Assembly (NCBI GenBank): GCA_024643325.1
Contig: JAHEND010000002.1
Location: 172,269-236,268, forward strand
DNA from: Sediminicola sp.
Lineage (GTDB): Bacteria > Bacteroidota > Bacteroidia > Flavobacteriales > Flavobacteriaceae
Direction: 5' to 3'
Length of the DNA stretch: 64,000 nucleotides
The notes beneath the pieces were generated by a model. The model made no database searches. It saw nothing but the letters and a program-made list of their open reading frames with translations, and was not told where the DNA came from. Below, one piece after another: positions 52,070 through 61,912 of this stretch. A program made the position numbers and the translations under genes. The number at the start of each line of letters is the position of its first letter. The stretch's first letter is position 1.

Positions 52070-52455
52070 TGTTTGAAAAAAAAATAAGGGTACAACAATG
52101 TGATTTGGACGAATTAGAGCATGTAAACAATGTTAAGTATGTAGGCTGGGTTCAAGATATTGCTTTAGAACATTGGAATGAAAAGGCGCCTCTTGAAATG
52201 CGGAAAGCATGGGTTTGGGTTATGACAAAACATTGTATAGAATACAGAAAAGCAAGTTTTTTAGGAAATAACATTATTATAAAAACTTATTTGAAATCCT
52301 CTAATGGAGCTATAGCTACTAGAATAGTTGCGTTTTATAATGAAAATGATACCAAAGCCTCAGTGACCTCAACCACCTCCTGGTGCCTCTTAGATGCTAG
52401 CACATTTAAACCCAAAAGAATTCCTGAAAATGTGTCGGCTGTTTTTATGAAATAG
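52069..52455 (+). CDS. Acyl-CoA/acyl-ACP thioesterase (hotdog fold)
   Basis: DLDELEHVNNVKY; TAATG overlap with the upstream gene. Confidence 0.85.
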   Translation: MFEKKIRVQQCDLDELEHVNNVKYVGWVQDIALEHWNEKAPLEMRKAWVWVMTKHCIEYRKASFLGNNIIIKTYLKSSNGAIATRIVAFYNENDTKASVTSTTSWCLLDASTFKPKRIPENVSAVFMK

Positions 52456-52509
52456 CAGAATGCTTGTAGCTAAAATGGTCTGGAAATTTATTTGTGCATT
52501 GAATAAAAC

Positions 52510-52545
52510 AAAAAAGGGGCTGTCATAAACGACAGCCCCTTTTTT
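52510..52545. terminator. Bidirectional intrinsic terminator
   Basis: AAAAAGGGGCTGTC-ATAAAC-GACAGCCCCTTTTT. Confidence 0.9.
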
Positions 52546-52566
52546 ATAATATATATACTAGAAAAA

Positions 52567-53841
52567 TTAAGCATTAAATAAAGCCCTATGCCCCATTAAC
52601 GCATTCACTTCATCCTTAACCTCTGCTATAGCTGTTTCATTATCTATATTAGATAAAACCCTGTCTATAAGGTCTACTACTGTTTTCATATCTGATTCAT
52701 TTAATCCTCTTGTTGTTATTGCTGCAGTTCCGAATCTAATTCCAGAGGTAACAAAAGGAGATTTGTCGTCAAAAGGAACCATATTTTTATTAGCAGTAAT
52801 GTCAGCTTGAACTAGGGCAAATTCTGCTTGCTTGCCGTTAATTCCTTTATTTCTGAGGTCTATTAACATCATATGATTGTCAGTGCCGCCAGAAATAATA
52901 TCATAACCCTTAGCTACAAAAGCTGCTGCCATAGCTGCTGCGTTTTTCTTGACCTGCAACATATAATTTAGAAAATTATCCGTTAAAGCTTCTCCAAAAG
53001 CAATAGCTTTAGCCGCAATAATATGCTCTAAAGGACCACCTTGGTTTCCTGGAAATACGGCTAAATCTAACAAAGAGGACATTTTTCTTAAAGAACCGTC
53101 TTTTAAAGTAATCCCAAAAGGATTGTCAAAATCATTACCCATAAGTATTAGTCCACCTCTTGGACCTCTCAAAGTTTTATGTGTTGTAGTAGTTACTACA
53201 TGGCAATGTGGGATTGGATCGTTTAATATACCCTTTGCAATGAGTCCAGATGGATGTGAAATATCTGCTAAAAGTAACGCACCAACTTTATCTGCAATAG
53301 CTCTAAATCTTTTAAAATCTATATCTCTTGAGTAAGCAGAAGCCCCTGCAATAATTAATTTAGGCTGCTCTTTAATTGCAATGGCTTCAATATTGTCATA
53401 GTTTAATAATCCCGTTTCTTTTTCTACCCCGTAAAAAGTTGGGTTATAAAGGCGTCCTGAAAAATTAACTGGAGAACCGTGGGTTAAATGCCCTCCGTGA
53501 GACAAGTCAAAGCCTAAAATAGTGTCTCCAGGTTTTAAACAGGCGTGAAAAACAGCTGCATTAGCTTGAGAACCTGAATGTGGCTGAACATTAGCATAAA
53601 CAGCTCCAAAGAGCTCTTTTGCACGGTCTATAGCAATTTGCTCCACCTCATCTACTATTTCACACCCTCCATAATATCTTTTACCAGGATAGCCTTCAGC
53701 ATATTTATTGGTTAATACAGAACCTGCAGCTTCCATTACTTGTGGGCTAGTAAAATTTTCAGATGCTATTAGTTCAATGCCTTCTATCTGTCTGGCCTCT
53801 TCTTCTTTTATTAAATCAAAAATTAGGGTGTCGCGTTGCAT
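52567..53841 (-). CDS. glyA: Serine hydroxymethyltransferase
   Basis: [35 protein letters not shown]. Confidence 0.98.
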   Translation of the reverse strand: MQRDTLIFDLIKEEEARQIEGIELIASENFTSPQVMEAAGSVLTNKYAEGYPGKRYYGGCEIVDEVEQIAIDRAKELFGAVYANVQPHSGSQANAAVFHACLKPGDTILGFDLSHGGHLTHGSPVNFSGRLYNPTFYGVEKETGLLNYDNIEAIAIKEQPKLIIAGASAYSRDIDFKRFRAIADKVGALLLADISHPSGLIAKGILNDPIPHCHVVTTTTHKTLRGPRGGLILMGNDFDNPFGITLKDGSLRKMSSLLDLAVFPGNQGGPLEHIIAAKAIAFGEALTDNFLNYMLQVKKNAAAMAAAFVAKGYDIISGGTDNHMMLIDLRNKGINGKQAEFALVQADITANKNMVPFDDKSPFVTSGIRFGTAAITTRGLNESDMKTVVDLIDRVLSNIDNETAIAEVKDEVNALMGHRALFNA

Positions 53842-53956
53842 AATGAGCAGTTTATAATTTAAGCCACAAAAATACGAATAGAAGGGCTATAAATGGATGT
53901 GTTAGAGAATAAAAATGATCAATTTTATTAAATGATATCAACAATTTAGAGGTTAA

Positions 53957-54349
53957 TTAAATATACTTTTCAATAGATAATTGTAGTAAATCGTAATGTG
54001 AATCGTGGGCAACAACAGTTTCATTTTTCAACAAAATTAGTTGTGGTGATTGGTGTAGTACCTGAAATCTACTGGCAACTTCATTAGAAACATCCCTAAA
54101 AGACAATAAGTCCAAAAAGTGAAAATCTGCTCTACTATTAAATTCTATTAGGGATTTTTCTAGTTGTCTGAGTACCATACTACTGATTCCACAGCTAGAA
54201 GAGTGTTTGTAAATAATCTGTAACCTCACATTTGATTGCACTTTAATATCTTCCAATTGTGCTTCACTTTGTAATGATTTCCAAGACAAAGCAGTTACGT
54301 TTTTAATCTCTTTATCTGAATCATTTGTTTTAAAAAAATTTTTAAACAT
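53957..54349 (-). CDS. ytxJ: Monothiol bacilliredoxin BrxC / YtxJ family
   Basis: KHSSSCGIS, HQSPQ, SH; TAATTTTG box at 54382-54389. Confidence 0.85.
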   Translation of the reverse strand: MFKNFFKTNDSDKEIKNVTALSWKSLQSEAQLEDIKVQSNVRLQIIYKHSSSCGISSMVLRQLEKSLIEFNSRADFHFLDLLSFRDVSNEVASRFQVLHQSPQLILLKNETVVAHDSHYDLLQLSIEKYI

Positions 54350-54378
54350 AGGGCATATTTTTCTATGGGTGATTTACA

Positions 54379-54483
54379 AGACAAAATTACAGTAAAAATT
54401 GAAATTTAACTGACTAAATGTCTTGTTTTTAAAGGAGTTAAGTGACCTTTTGTCTGTTTTAACGCTTTGGACCTAACATTGCA
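54379..54483 (+). promoter_or_regulatory. Putative clpB promoter: three 32-bp-phased 13-bp boxes plus sigma54-like TGGACC-TAACA-TTGCA
   Basis: Boxes start at 54379, 54411, 54443; 12-nt gap; -24/-12-like element 54468-54482. Confidence 0.6.
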
Positions 54484-54518
54484 GTATTTGAATTAATTAA
54501 CCCTTAAAACAACACTAT

Positions 54519-57119
54519 ATGCAACTTAATAACTTTACCATCAAAGCCCAAGAGGCACTCGGGGAAGCCCAACAAATTGCTATGGGATATTCACATGCAG
54601 AAATTGATGTAGCGCATTTATTTAAGGCCTTATTAAAAGCAGACCAACATCTTATGCCTTTTCTATTAAAGAAAATGGAGGTAAATGTACCCATGCTACA
54701 ACAGATATTAGATAAAATGTTGGTTCAAAAAGCTACTGTACAAGGAACGGAAATTGGTTGGTCTAGAGAAGCGAGCGCTGTATTACAACAAGCCATTCAG
54801 GAATCAAAAAAAATGAATGACGACTATGTGACCCTAGAACATATATTTTTAGCCATTTTCAATACAAAAAATCAAATGGCTCAAGTATTAAAAGACCAAG
54901 GAGGAAACTCAAAAAATTTAGAAGCAGCGATTCAAGAATTAAGAAAAGGAAATAGAGTAGCTTCAAATGACGCAGAAGCCACTTATAATGCGCTTGAAAA
55001 ATATGCTAAAAATTTAAATGCACTTGCAGAAAGCGGGAAATTAGACCCTGTGATTGGACGAGATGAAGAGATTAGAAGGGTCTTACAAATTTTATCCAGA
55101 AGAACAAAAAACAACCCCATGCTCGTTGGGGAGCCCGGTGTGGGTAAAACAGCCATTGCAGAAGGGTTAGCACATAGGATTGTTCAAGGTGATGTTCCAG
55201 AAAATTTAAAAGGAAAAACCTTATATGCCTTAGATATGGGTTCCCTAATTGCTGGAGCCAAATACAAAGGAGAATTTGAAGAGCGACTTAAATCAGTTAT
55301 AAAAGAAGTTACAGATGCCAATGGAGAGGTGCTATTGTTTATAGATGAAATTCACACCTTGGTTGGTGCTGGTGGTGGAGAAGGTGCAATGGATGCAGCC
55401 AATATATTAAAGCCCGCATTGGCAAGAGGTGAGCTCAGGGCTATAGGCGCCACTACTTTAGATGAATTTCAGAAATACTTTGAAAAAGACAAAGCCCTTG
55501 AAAGAAGGTTTCAAAAAGTGCTCGTAGATGAGCCAAACACAGAGAGTGCTATCTCTATTCTAAGAGGTATAAAAGATAAATACGAAGCGCATCATAAAGT
55601 ACAAATTAAAGATGAGGCTATTATTAGCGCTGTTCAGTTGTCTCAACGCTATATTACCAATAGATTTTTACCAGATAAAGCCATCGATTTAATGGACGAA
55701 GCGGCATCAAAACTCAGAATGGAAATTAATTCTAAACCAGAGGAATTAGATCAATTGGATCGAAAAGTACTTCAATTAGAGATTGAATTAGCCGCCATTA
55801 GGAGAGAAAAAAGCAAAGAGGCTGTGAAAACTTTAGAAATGGATTTAGCCAATCTAAAGGAATCAAGGAATGAGATATTCACTAAATGGGAAGCAGAAAA
55901 AAACGAGATTGAAGCGATCCAAAAAATTAAACAATCATTAGAGGATTTAAAACTAGAAGCAGAACGTGCAGAGCGAAATGGAGATTTTGCTAAAGTAGCC
56001 GAAATTAGGTATGGTCAAACCAAAAGCTTAGAGGATCAGCTGGCAGTGCTGCAAGAAAAGTTGAATAATCAAAACAATGAAGACAACTTGATCAAAGAAG
56101 AAGTTACCAGTGAAGACATTGCAGAAGTAGTTTCTAAATGGACCGGTATACCCGTGACTAAAATGTTGCAGACAGAGGTAGAAAAACTATTAAGTTTAGA
56201 AGAAGTACTTCACAAAAATGTAGTGGGTCAACAGGAAGCTATTATTGCCGTATCTGATGCTATTAGGAGAAGTAAAGCAGGCTTACAAGACACAGATAAG
56301 CCATTGGGATCTTTCTTATTTTTGGGAACTACAGGGGTAGGAAAGACTGAATTGGCTAAAACATTGGCCCAATTCTTATTCAATGATCCCAATGCCATGA
56401 CCCGAATAGACATGAGTGAGTATCAAGAAAAGCATGCCGTTAGTAGGTTGGTAGGAGCTCCTCCAGGTTATGTAGGATATGAAGAAGGCGGACAGTTAAC
56501 AGAAGCCATTAGAAGAAAACCTTATTCAGTTGTTTTATTAGATGAAATTGAAAAAGCCCATCCAGATACTTTTAATATACTTCTTCAGGTGTTAGATGAG
56601 GGAAGATTAACAGACAATAAAGGAAGGGTAGCAGATTTTAAAAATGCGATCATAATAATGACTAGTAATATTGGAAGTAGTTTCATTCAAGATGCTTTTA
56701 ATCATGAAACAGACATTGAAAAGGCTACAGAACTTGCTAAAGAAGGCGTTTTAAACGCTTTAAAACAACAAGTAAAGCCTGAGTTTATAAATAGAATAGA
56801 CGACATAGTCATGTTTAGCCCTCTTACACAAGACAATATTAAAGAGATTGTACAAATTCAAATAAAACAATTACAGAAACAGTTAAGTGATAAACAAATT
56901 ACTATTGATATTAGTCCAGAAGGTATAACAACACTTGCTCTTAAAGGCTATGATCCTCAATACGGCGCTAGACCCCTTAAAAGAGTGATTCAAAAAGAAG
57001 TGTTAAACAAACTTTCTAAAGCCATATTAGGTGGTGAAATTCATACCGATAGTGTGGTATTAATAGATAGTTTTGAGGGAGAAATTATTTTTAGATCCCC
57101 TGAAAAGATCCAAATATAA
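54519..57119 (+). CDS. clpB: Chaperone ClpB
   Basis: Two AAA+ modules (GEPGVGKT, GTTGVGKT), coiled-coil M domain, GAPPGYVGYEEGG. Confidence 0.97.
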   Translation: MQLNNFTIKAQEALGEAQQIAMGYSHAEIDVAHLFKALLKADQHLMPFLLKKMEVNVPMLQQILDKMLVQKATVQGTEIGWSREASAVLQQAIQESKKMNDDYVTLEHIFLAIFNTKNQMAQVLKDQGGNSKNLEAAIQELRKGNRVASNDAEATYNALEKYAKNLNALAESGKLDPVIGRDEEIRRVLQILSRRTKNNPMLVGEPGVGKTAIAEGLAHRIVQGDVPENLKGKTLYALDMGSLIAGAKYKGEFEERLKSVIKEVTDANGEVLLFIDEIHTLVGAGGGEGAMDAANILKPALARGELRAIGATTLDEFQKYFEKDKALERRFQKVLVDEPNTESAISILRGIKDKYEAHHKVQIKDEAIISAVQLSQRYITNRFLPDKAIDLMDEAASKLRMEINSKPEELDQLDRKVLQLEIELAAIRREKSKEAVKTLEMDLANLKESRNEIFTKWEAEKNEIEAIQKIKQSLEDLKLEAERAERNGDFAKVAEIRYGQTKSLEDQLAVLQEKLNNQNNEDNLIKEEVTSEDIAEVVSKWTGIPVTKMLQTEVEKLLSLEEVLHKNVVGQQEAIIAVSDAIRRSKAGLQDTDKPLGSFLFLGTTGVGKTELAKTLAQFLFNDPNAMTRIDMSEYQEKHAVSRLVGAPPGYVGYEEGGQLTEAIRRKPYSVVLLDEIEKAHPDTFNILLQVLDEGRLTDNKGRVADFKNAIIIMTSNIGSSFIQDAFNHETDIEKATELAKEGVLNALKQQVKPEFINRIDDIVMFSPLTQDNIKEIVQIQIKQLQKQLSDKQITIDISPEGITTLALKGYDPQYGARPLKRVIQKEVLNKLSKAILGGEIHTDSVVLIDSFEGEIIFRSPEKIQI

Positions 57120-57144
57120 TACAGTTTATTTGTGCTATTATTTG

Positions 57145-57175
57145 AAAAAAAGGCCATCTTGATGGCCTTTTTTTT
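57145..57175 (+). terminator. clpB terminator
   Basis: AGGCCATC-TT-GATGGCCT followed by T-tract. Confidence 0.85.
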
Positions 57176-57195
57176 ATATTTATAAAAAAATAATA

Positions 57196-57804
57196 ATGCC
57201 TACAAAAGCAGACAGGACCAAGCAATTCATCATTGAAAAGGTGGCTCCATTATTTAATAAACACGGTTATGCAGCTACAAGTCTTTTCCATATCACTGAG
57301 GCTACTGGACTGACCAAGGGAGCAATCTATGGAAATTTTACCAACAAAGAATCCTTAGCGCTTGCAGCTTATCAGTACAACAGTCATAACTTAATCCATC
57401 AATTAGAAAAAGTCATACAATCAAAGACGCATCCATTAGAAAAATTGAGTGCTTTTACCAATTTTTATAAAAATTACCGACAATTCACAACGCCTATTGG
57501 CGGATGCCCAATTCTTAATGTCGGTGTTGACGCTCTAGAAAATAATAGTGCTTTATCCGATTCTGTTAAAGAGACCATTAAATCACTAGAAAAAATGGTT
57601 ACTAAGGTACTCAACAATGGAATTGAAAATGAAATTATTCATGTAAGGGTTTTACCTGCTCAATTTTCAAAACAATTAATTACTATGCTTCAGGGAGCTG
57701 TAAGTATGTCTAGTATCACTGGAGATTATAAATACCTCACTAATACTGTAATGTATTTGGATCAATTAATCATAAGGGAAATTAAACTTGTTAAAAACTT
57801 TTAA
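57196..57804 (+). CDS. TetR/AcrR family transcriptional regulator
   Basis: HTH GLTKGAIYGNF.NKE; GGCP motif. Confidence 0.9.
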   Translation: MPTKADRTKQFIIEKVAPLFNKHGYAATSLFHITEATGLTKGAIYGNFTNKESLALAAYQYNSHNLIHQLEKVIQSKTHPLEKLSAFTNFYKNYRQFTTPIGGCPILNVGVDALENNSALSDSVKETIKSLEKMVTKVLNNGIENEIIHVRVLPAQFSKQLITMLQGAVSMSSITGDYKYLTNTVMYLDQLIIREIKLVKNF

Positions 57805-57805
57805 A

Positions 57806-58324
57806 ATGAAAAAATACATTAGCCTATTTTCCTTGTTGCTCATTTCTCTATTCAATGTAACAAACCTTAATGCTCAGCAAAAAAGCGAGCAAACCACAAC
57901 TGTCTATTTTATTAGACATGCAGAAAAAGACCGATCCAATCCAGATGAAAGAAACCCTCACTTAACAGGACAAGGGATGCAAAGAGCTGAAAAATGGGCC
58001 CGCTTTTTTGAAGATGTCCCTATAGATGCAATTTATAGTACAAATTACCACAGAACACAAGAAACAGCTGCCCCAACGGCCAAACAAAAAGGATTAGAAG
58101 TAATCTCCTATGATCCTAGAAAATTAGACCCAACTCCTTTAGTTGCTAAACATAAAGGACATACCATTTTGATTGTAGGACATAGCAATACAACACCTGC
58201 ATTTGTCAATGCTTTTTTGGGAGAGAAAAAACATGAAGATTTGTCTGATTCAGATAATGGCAGTGTATTTTTAGTGCGTTATAGCGATACAGAGAAAATC
58301 GCAGTACAATACCATGTAGATTAA
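57806..58324 (+). CDS. Exported histidine phosphatase (phosphoglycerate mutase family)
   Basis: Signal peptide LNA-Q; RHAEK, RTQET, VGHSNT. Confidence 0.85.
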   Translation: MKKYISLFSLLLISLFNVTNLNAQQKSEQTTTVYFIRHAEKDRSNPDERNPHLTGQGMQRAEKWARFFEDVPIDAIYSTNYHRTQETAAPTAKQKGLEVISYDPRKLDPTPLVAKHKGHTILIVGHSNTTPAFVNAFLGEKKHEDLSDSDNGSVFLVRYSDTEKIAVQYHVD

Positions 58325-58349
58325 GCTACTTAAATGTATTTTTGCACTT

Positions 58350-58811
58350 ATGCAACCTAAGATTAATATTAGAAATAAAAGAGCCAGATTTGAATACGAA
58401 CTCCTAGATCAATATAATGCTGGTATTGTTCTTGGTGGTACTGAAATTAAATCTATTCGGCTGGGGAAAGCCAATATTACGGAGAGTTTTTGTGAATTTA
58501 ACGATCGTGGTGAGTTGTTTATTGTCAATATGCAAGTGGAGGAATACAGTCATGGAACACATTACAACCATAAGCCAAAGGCACTGAGAAAACTCCTACT
58601 TCAAAAAAGAGAATTAATCAAATTACAAAAAGAAGTTAAAAACTCTGGTCTAACTATTGTTCCCCTACAGCTTTACCTTACAGATAAAGGTTTGGCTAAA
58701 CTAAATATTGCCCTAGCTAAAGGGAAAAAACTTTACGACAAAAGAGAAGCGATCAAAGAAAGAGATACAAAGAAAGACCTGGCTAGAATTAAGAAGAGTT
58801 TCAATGCTTAA
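58350..58811 (+). CDS. smpB: SsrA-binding protein
   Basis: NKRARFEY, GTEIKSIR, RKLLL, KGKKLYDKR. Confidence 0.97.
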   Translation: MQPKINIRNKRARFEYELLDQYNAGIVLGGTEIKSIRLGKANITESFCEFNDRGELFIVNMQVEEYSHGTHYNHKPKALRKLLLQKRELIKLQKEVKNSGLTIVPLQLYLTDKGLAKLNIALAKGKKLYDKREAIKERDTKKDLARIKKSFNA

Positions 58812-60204
58812 TGTCTTACTTAAAATTTATTTAGTTCATCTTAGAGTTTCAATTTTTTGTTTTTTCTTTTGTGCCGTTATAATGAAAGGCTATGGCCAAA
58901 AACTAGCCAAAACTTTAGCTCCACAATACCAATGGGAATATAGTTACAGTGCCGCTCTACCTTCCTCCCCATTTGATAGTTTACGCCCCAGAACACCCTT
59001 TAAAAACTGGGCATTAGGATATGCTTGGGAAAAACCTTTTCCAGATAGAAGTAATAAAAAGTTTTATCTGAGTCCTATACTTCCACAGATAAACCTAAAC
59101 CGTGTTCAAGGATTTGAGGCCAGCCTTATGGCTTATTATAAAATAGCCCATCATGCTATTTTTAAGGTAAAATTAAATTATGGATTTTCGGACCGTATTT
59201 TCAGACCAACTTTAGCCATGAGAAAGGACTTTAACCCTCAACTCACTTTAATTTTAAAAGCTGGAAATGAATTGCGTCAATTCAATCAATCTCCTGCTAT
59301 TGTCCCAAGAGCGAACAGTATTAATAATTTATTCTTCGGAAATAATTACGCTAAGTTATACGCATCTCGTTTTTTATCGCTATCCCATTACTACACAGGG
59401 AAAAAACAATATAATTTTAAGCTGAAAAACAAAGTGAGTTTGGTTGCAAATTCAGCCGCTTACAATAGTCCAAGCACTTATTTATTTAAAAGTAATGAAA
59501 TAGCAGAAAAGGAGATTAATACCGTATCTCCATCTGGCATTTCTTTTGGAGGGTTTAATTCGATTAGTCAAATTGAACATGAGCTTGTGGTTCAATTCGG
59601 AAGAGAAAACACCTCTAAAACCTATTTTAGCCACCTTGGCATAGCTATAAAAAATAGCGTTCCATTGAATAATCCTGAGTTACTTCACATTAATGAAAGT
59701 AGTGTTAATGATATTAGAAAAATATATAAGCCCTATACTCATTGGTCGTTACAACACAAACAATTGATTGTATTTAGTGACTTAGGTCATTTCAAAAGTT
59801 TTGTACAATTAGGTGGCTTTATTAAAAACTCATCACTCCCTTTTACAGATCTAAAACATTTTAATGGAAATGAAACATCTGTAATGAGGGGATCATACTT
59901 AGAGGTGTTTGGCCTATTACCATACTATGAGTTCAGTACAAATGGAAAATACCTTCAAGGGCATTTAGAGCATAATTTCAAAGGATTCCTATGGCAAAAA
60001 TTACCTTTAATAAAAGTGCTGAATCTTCATACTATAGTATCCTTAAAAACACTCTATACTCAAGGTAGAAACCCTTACAAAGAATTAGCTATTGGGCTTG
60101 GTAATATTGGAATAGGAAAGACCAAAATATTGCGGGTAGACTTTTTCAAATCATTGCGCAAACAAGAGGTGAATACTGCTATTAGGTTTGGATTGGTTTA
60201 CTAA
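58804..60204 (+). CDS. DUF5686-like outer-membrane beta-barrel protein (short form)
   Basis: NRVQGF, NYGFSD, KHFNGNET, LLPYYEFSTN, EHNFKG; aromatic C-terminus; start uncertain. Confidence 0.6.
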   Translation: MLNVLLKIYLVHLRVSIFCFFFCAVIMKGYGQKLAKTLAPQYQWEYSYSAALPSSPFDSLRPRTPFKNWALGYAWEKPFPDRSNKKFYLSPILPQINLNRVQGFEASLMAYYKIAHHAIFKVKLNYGFSDRIFRPTLAMRKDFNPQLTLILKAGNELRQFNQSPAIVPRANSINNLFFGNNYAKLYASRFLSLSHYYTGKKQYNFKLKNKVSLVANSAAYNSPSTYLFKSNEIAEKEINTVSPSGISFGGFNSISQIEHELVVQFGRENTSKTYFSHLGIAIKNSVPLNNPELLHINESSVNDIRKIYKPYTHWSLQHKQLIVFSDLGHFKSFVQLGGFIKNSSLPFTDLKHFNGNETSVMRGSYLEVFGLLPYYEFSTNGKYLQGHLEHNFKGFLWQKLPLIKVLNLHTIVSLKTLYTQGRNPYKELAIGLGNIGIGKTKILRVDFFKSLRKQEVNTAIRFGLVY

Positions 60205-60842
60205 TTCTTATTTTCTAATAAAGGAACAAACTTAAAGGATCCAAAAGTTTTACGTTCAAATTTTAGCTCACTTAGTCTAGTGTAACGAGTCATTTCTTGC
60301 TCTTTGTCTCCCACAGGTATGACTAGATTTCCTCCAACTTTTAACTGTTCTAAAAGAGGTTTGGGAACAAAGGGTGCTCCTGCTGTCACAACAATACCAT
60401 CAAAAGGTGCCTCTGTTTCTAACCCAATATAGCCATCTCCAAAAAGATGCTGCTTTGGTCTATAGCCGGCTTTTTTAAAAAACAATTGAGCCTTTTTAAA
60501 CAGCTCAAGCTGTCTCTCAATGGTGTAGACCTGAACCCCCAACGCTAGTAAGATGGCTGTTTGGTAACCACTACCTGTTCCTATTTCTAAAATTTTATCT
60601 CCTTTTTTAACTTGTAATAACTCTGTTTGAAAAGCCACAGTATATGGATGTGAAATAGTCTGGTCTGCCCCTATTGGAAATGCTTTATTCAAATAGGCAT
60701 GAGATTCAAAACTTGAATCTAAGAACAAATGCCTAGGTACTTGCCTAATCGCATCTAATACCTTGACATCTACAATTCCTTTTTCTTGAAGTGTTTTTGC
60801 TAAAATATTTCTTAAACCCTGATGTTTAGGTGAGTTGAGCAA
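60201..60842 (-). CDS. pcm: Protein-L-isoaspartate O-methyltransferase
   Basis: VPRHLF, QTIS.P, LEIGTGSGYQ, FVPL. Confidence 0.95.
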   Translation of the reverse strand: MLNSPKHQGLRNILAKTLQEKGIVDVKVLDAIRQVPRHLFLDSSFESHAYLNKAFPIGADQTISHPYTVAFQTELLQVKKGDKILEIGTGSGYQTAILLALGVQVYTIERQLELFKKAQLFFKKAGYRPKQHLFGDGYIGLETEAPFDGIVVTAGAPFVPKPLLEQLKVGGNLVIPVGDKEQEMTRYTRLSELKFERKTFGSFKFVPLLENKN

Positions 60843-60952
60843 GTCTTTGTAATTTAGTGTCGAAGATAAGAAATCTATAAAAATGATTAATTACAAAATC
60901 TACAAAAAGAATGGGTTCATATCCTTATTTTTGTAGATAAAACTAAAACAAT

Positions 60953-61912
60953 ATGCTCAAAATTGGCGTTCTTGGTGCAGGACATCTCGGTAAAATACAC
61001 TTAAAATTAGCACAAGAATCTTCTAAATATCTTTTAGTGGGTTTTTATGATCCAGATGTTAAAGCAAGTAAACTGCTCAGTGAACAAATGGGATACCATT
61101 ATTTCCAATCCATTGAATCCCTGATAGATGCAGTAGACGTGATAGATATAGTAACGCCTACCCTGTCCCATTTTAATGTGGCGCAAAAAGCGATTACCAA
61201 AGGAAAACATGTATTTATTGAAAAACCTATTACGACAACCATAGAAGAAGCCAATACGTTAATAGCTTTGGCTAAAAAACACGGTGTAAAAGGACAGGTA
61301 GGGCATGTAGAGCGTTTTAATCCTGCGTTCAAAGCTGCAAAAGAGCACATTGTAAATCCAATGTTTATTGAAACACACCGTTTGGCTGAGTTTAACCCAA
61401 GGGGTACAGATGTACCCGTTGTTTTAGATTTAATGATACATGACATAGATATTATACTCAGTGTAGTTCCATCTGAAGTGAAGGAAATTCACGCTAGTGG
61501 TATTGCTGTTATTAGTCAATCTCCAGATATAGCCAATGCAAGAATTCTTTTTGAAAATGGATGTGTAGCTAACCTCACTGCAAGTAGAATATCCATGAAG
61601 AATATGAGAAAATCTAGGTTTTTTCAAAAAGACGCTTACATATCTGTAGATTTTCTCGAAAAAACCTCCGAAGTAGTTAGAATGAAAGATGCTCCTAAAG
61701 ATATTGGGCCTTTTGATATGGTGCTACAAAATGCTGAAGGAGATCAGAAACAAATCTATTTTGAAAAACCTGGTATAAAACCCAATAATGCTATTTTAGA
61801 GGAATTAGATTCATTTGCTTTGGCAATATCTAATAATAGTACTCCAGTGGTCTCATTACAACAAGGTGGAAAAGCACTTGAAATTGCGCAAAGAATTATA
61901 AATTGCTTTTAA
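60953..61912 (+). CDS. Gfo/Idh/MocA oxidoreductase (GnnA-like)
   Basis: GAGHLG, EKP, GHVERFNPA, DLMIHDID, TASR. Confidence 0.85.
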   Translation: MLKIGVLGAGHLGKIHLKLAQESSKYLLVGFYDPDVKASKLLSEQMGYHYFQSIESLIDAVDVIDIVTPTLSHFNVAQKAITKGKHVFIEKPITTTIEEANTLIALAKKHGVKGQVGHVERFNPAFKAAKEHIVNPMFIETHRLAEFNPRGTDVPVVLDLMIHDIDIILSVVPSEVKEIHASGIAVISQSPDIANARILFENGCVANLTASRISMKNMRKSRFFQKDAYISVDFLEKTSEVVRMKDAPKDIGPFDMVLQNAEGDQKQIYFEKPGIKPNNAILEELDSFALAISNNSTPVVSLQQGGKALEIAQRIINCF

